The notes under the pieces: generated by a model | The model's database searches: none | What the model was told of the DNA's origin: nothing | The model's input: the letters and a program-made list of their open reading frames with translations, nothing else | From: Telmatocola sphagniphila | GTDB lineage: Bacteria > Planctomycetota > Planctomycetia > Gemmatales > Gemmataceae | Assembly: GCF_018398935.1 (NCBI RefSeq) | Contig: NZ_CP074694.1 | Location: 2,340,001 to 2,372,000 of the forward strand | Direction of reading: 5' to 3' | DNA length: 32,000 nt | Program-made: the position numbers and the translations under genes | Shown: positions 31,862-32,000 of the stretch, piece by piece | How the letters are laid out: each line of letters opens with the position of its first letter | Numbering within the stretch: position 1 is the stretch's first letter

Positions 31862-32000
31862 ATGGACGTTCTCACAGAACCAAAATCTGGGAATGGCGCC
31901 CACTTGGGCGCGAAATTTGTCTGGATCCTTCTCGCCACTTTGCCAATCCTCAGCAGCGGCTGCGGTAAGAAAGTCGCCGCTAAGGCGATCGTAGAGATTC
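31862..32000 (+). CDS. Probable lipoprotein, first 46 codons only. Its position suggests the periplasmic adaptor (MFP) of the RND pump.
   Basis: The ATG at 31862 is 2 nt after the RND2 stop, with AAGGAG at 31851-31856. Translation: MDVLTEPKSGNGAHLGAKFVWILLATLPILSSGCGKKVAAKAIVEI. It has a hydrophobic h-region and a lipobox-like LSSGC. It is not in the ORF track because it runs off the window end. The adaptor identity is inferred from context only. Confidence 0.45.
   Translation, partial: MDVLTEPKSGNGAHLGAKFVWILLATLPILSSGCGKKVAAKAIVEI

Noticed and set aside
1-32000. Search by eye for tRNA/rRNA genes, CRISPR repeat-spacer arrays, IS elements or terminal inverted repeats, integrases, and phage or known defence-system genes
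   Set aside because: None found. The only long repeats are the RND gene duplication and the paired C-terminal modules, and both are coding. A covariance-model scan (tRNAscan-SE or Infernal) would be needed to exclude small ncRNAs.

Overview
This is a chromosomal segment whose gene content looks planctomycetal. That is my inference from families I recognise by eye: a PSCyt/DUF1549/DUF1553 + DUF1501 pair, an ECF sigma + giant Ser/Thr kinase pair, and paralogs with an ADALEDAGC-type C-terminal module. No database was searched.

Layout:
- (1) One uninterrupted minus-strand run covers 13740 down to 1. It encodes an ECF-type sigma factor and, 8 nt downstream, a 1395-aa Ser/Thr kinase-TM-WD40-TPR protein. 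Four secreted or membrane proteins of unknown function follow: a 932-aa mosaic protein with an acidic Pro/Lys and Gly/Ser low-complexity core, a 795-aa protein built of eight tandem ~83-aa beta-sandwich modules, a strikingly AT-rich 543-aa secreted protein, and an edge-truncated membrane-anchored protein missing from the ORF track.
- (2) The centre holds a small secreted protein, a heme-motif PSCyt/DUF1549/DUF1553 protein with its Tat-signal DUF1501 partner, and a convergent secreted YncE-like beta-propeller. It also holds two tandem paralogs with AT-rich variable N-halves and a GC-rich conserved 81-aa Cys/His C-terminal module.
- (3) The right third is an efflux locus: a divergent TolC-like outer membrane factor, two tandem RND permease paralogs, and the start of a probable lipoprotein adaptor.

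The most notable observation concerns the downstream RND copy. It has replaced the TM4 acidic pair (DE to SS) and a TM11 Thr (to Met) that the upstream copy retains. The two copies also carry oppositely charged C-terminal tails. Both points suggest an obligate heteromeric pump with a proton-relay-deficient subunit.

I saw no rRNA, tRNA, CRISPR array, transposase, integrase or phage genes. All domain calls are from motif recognition by eye and need HMM or structure confirmation.
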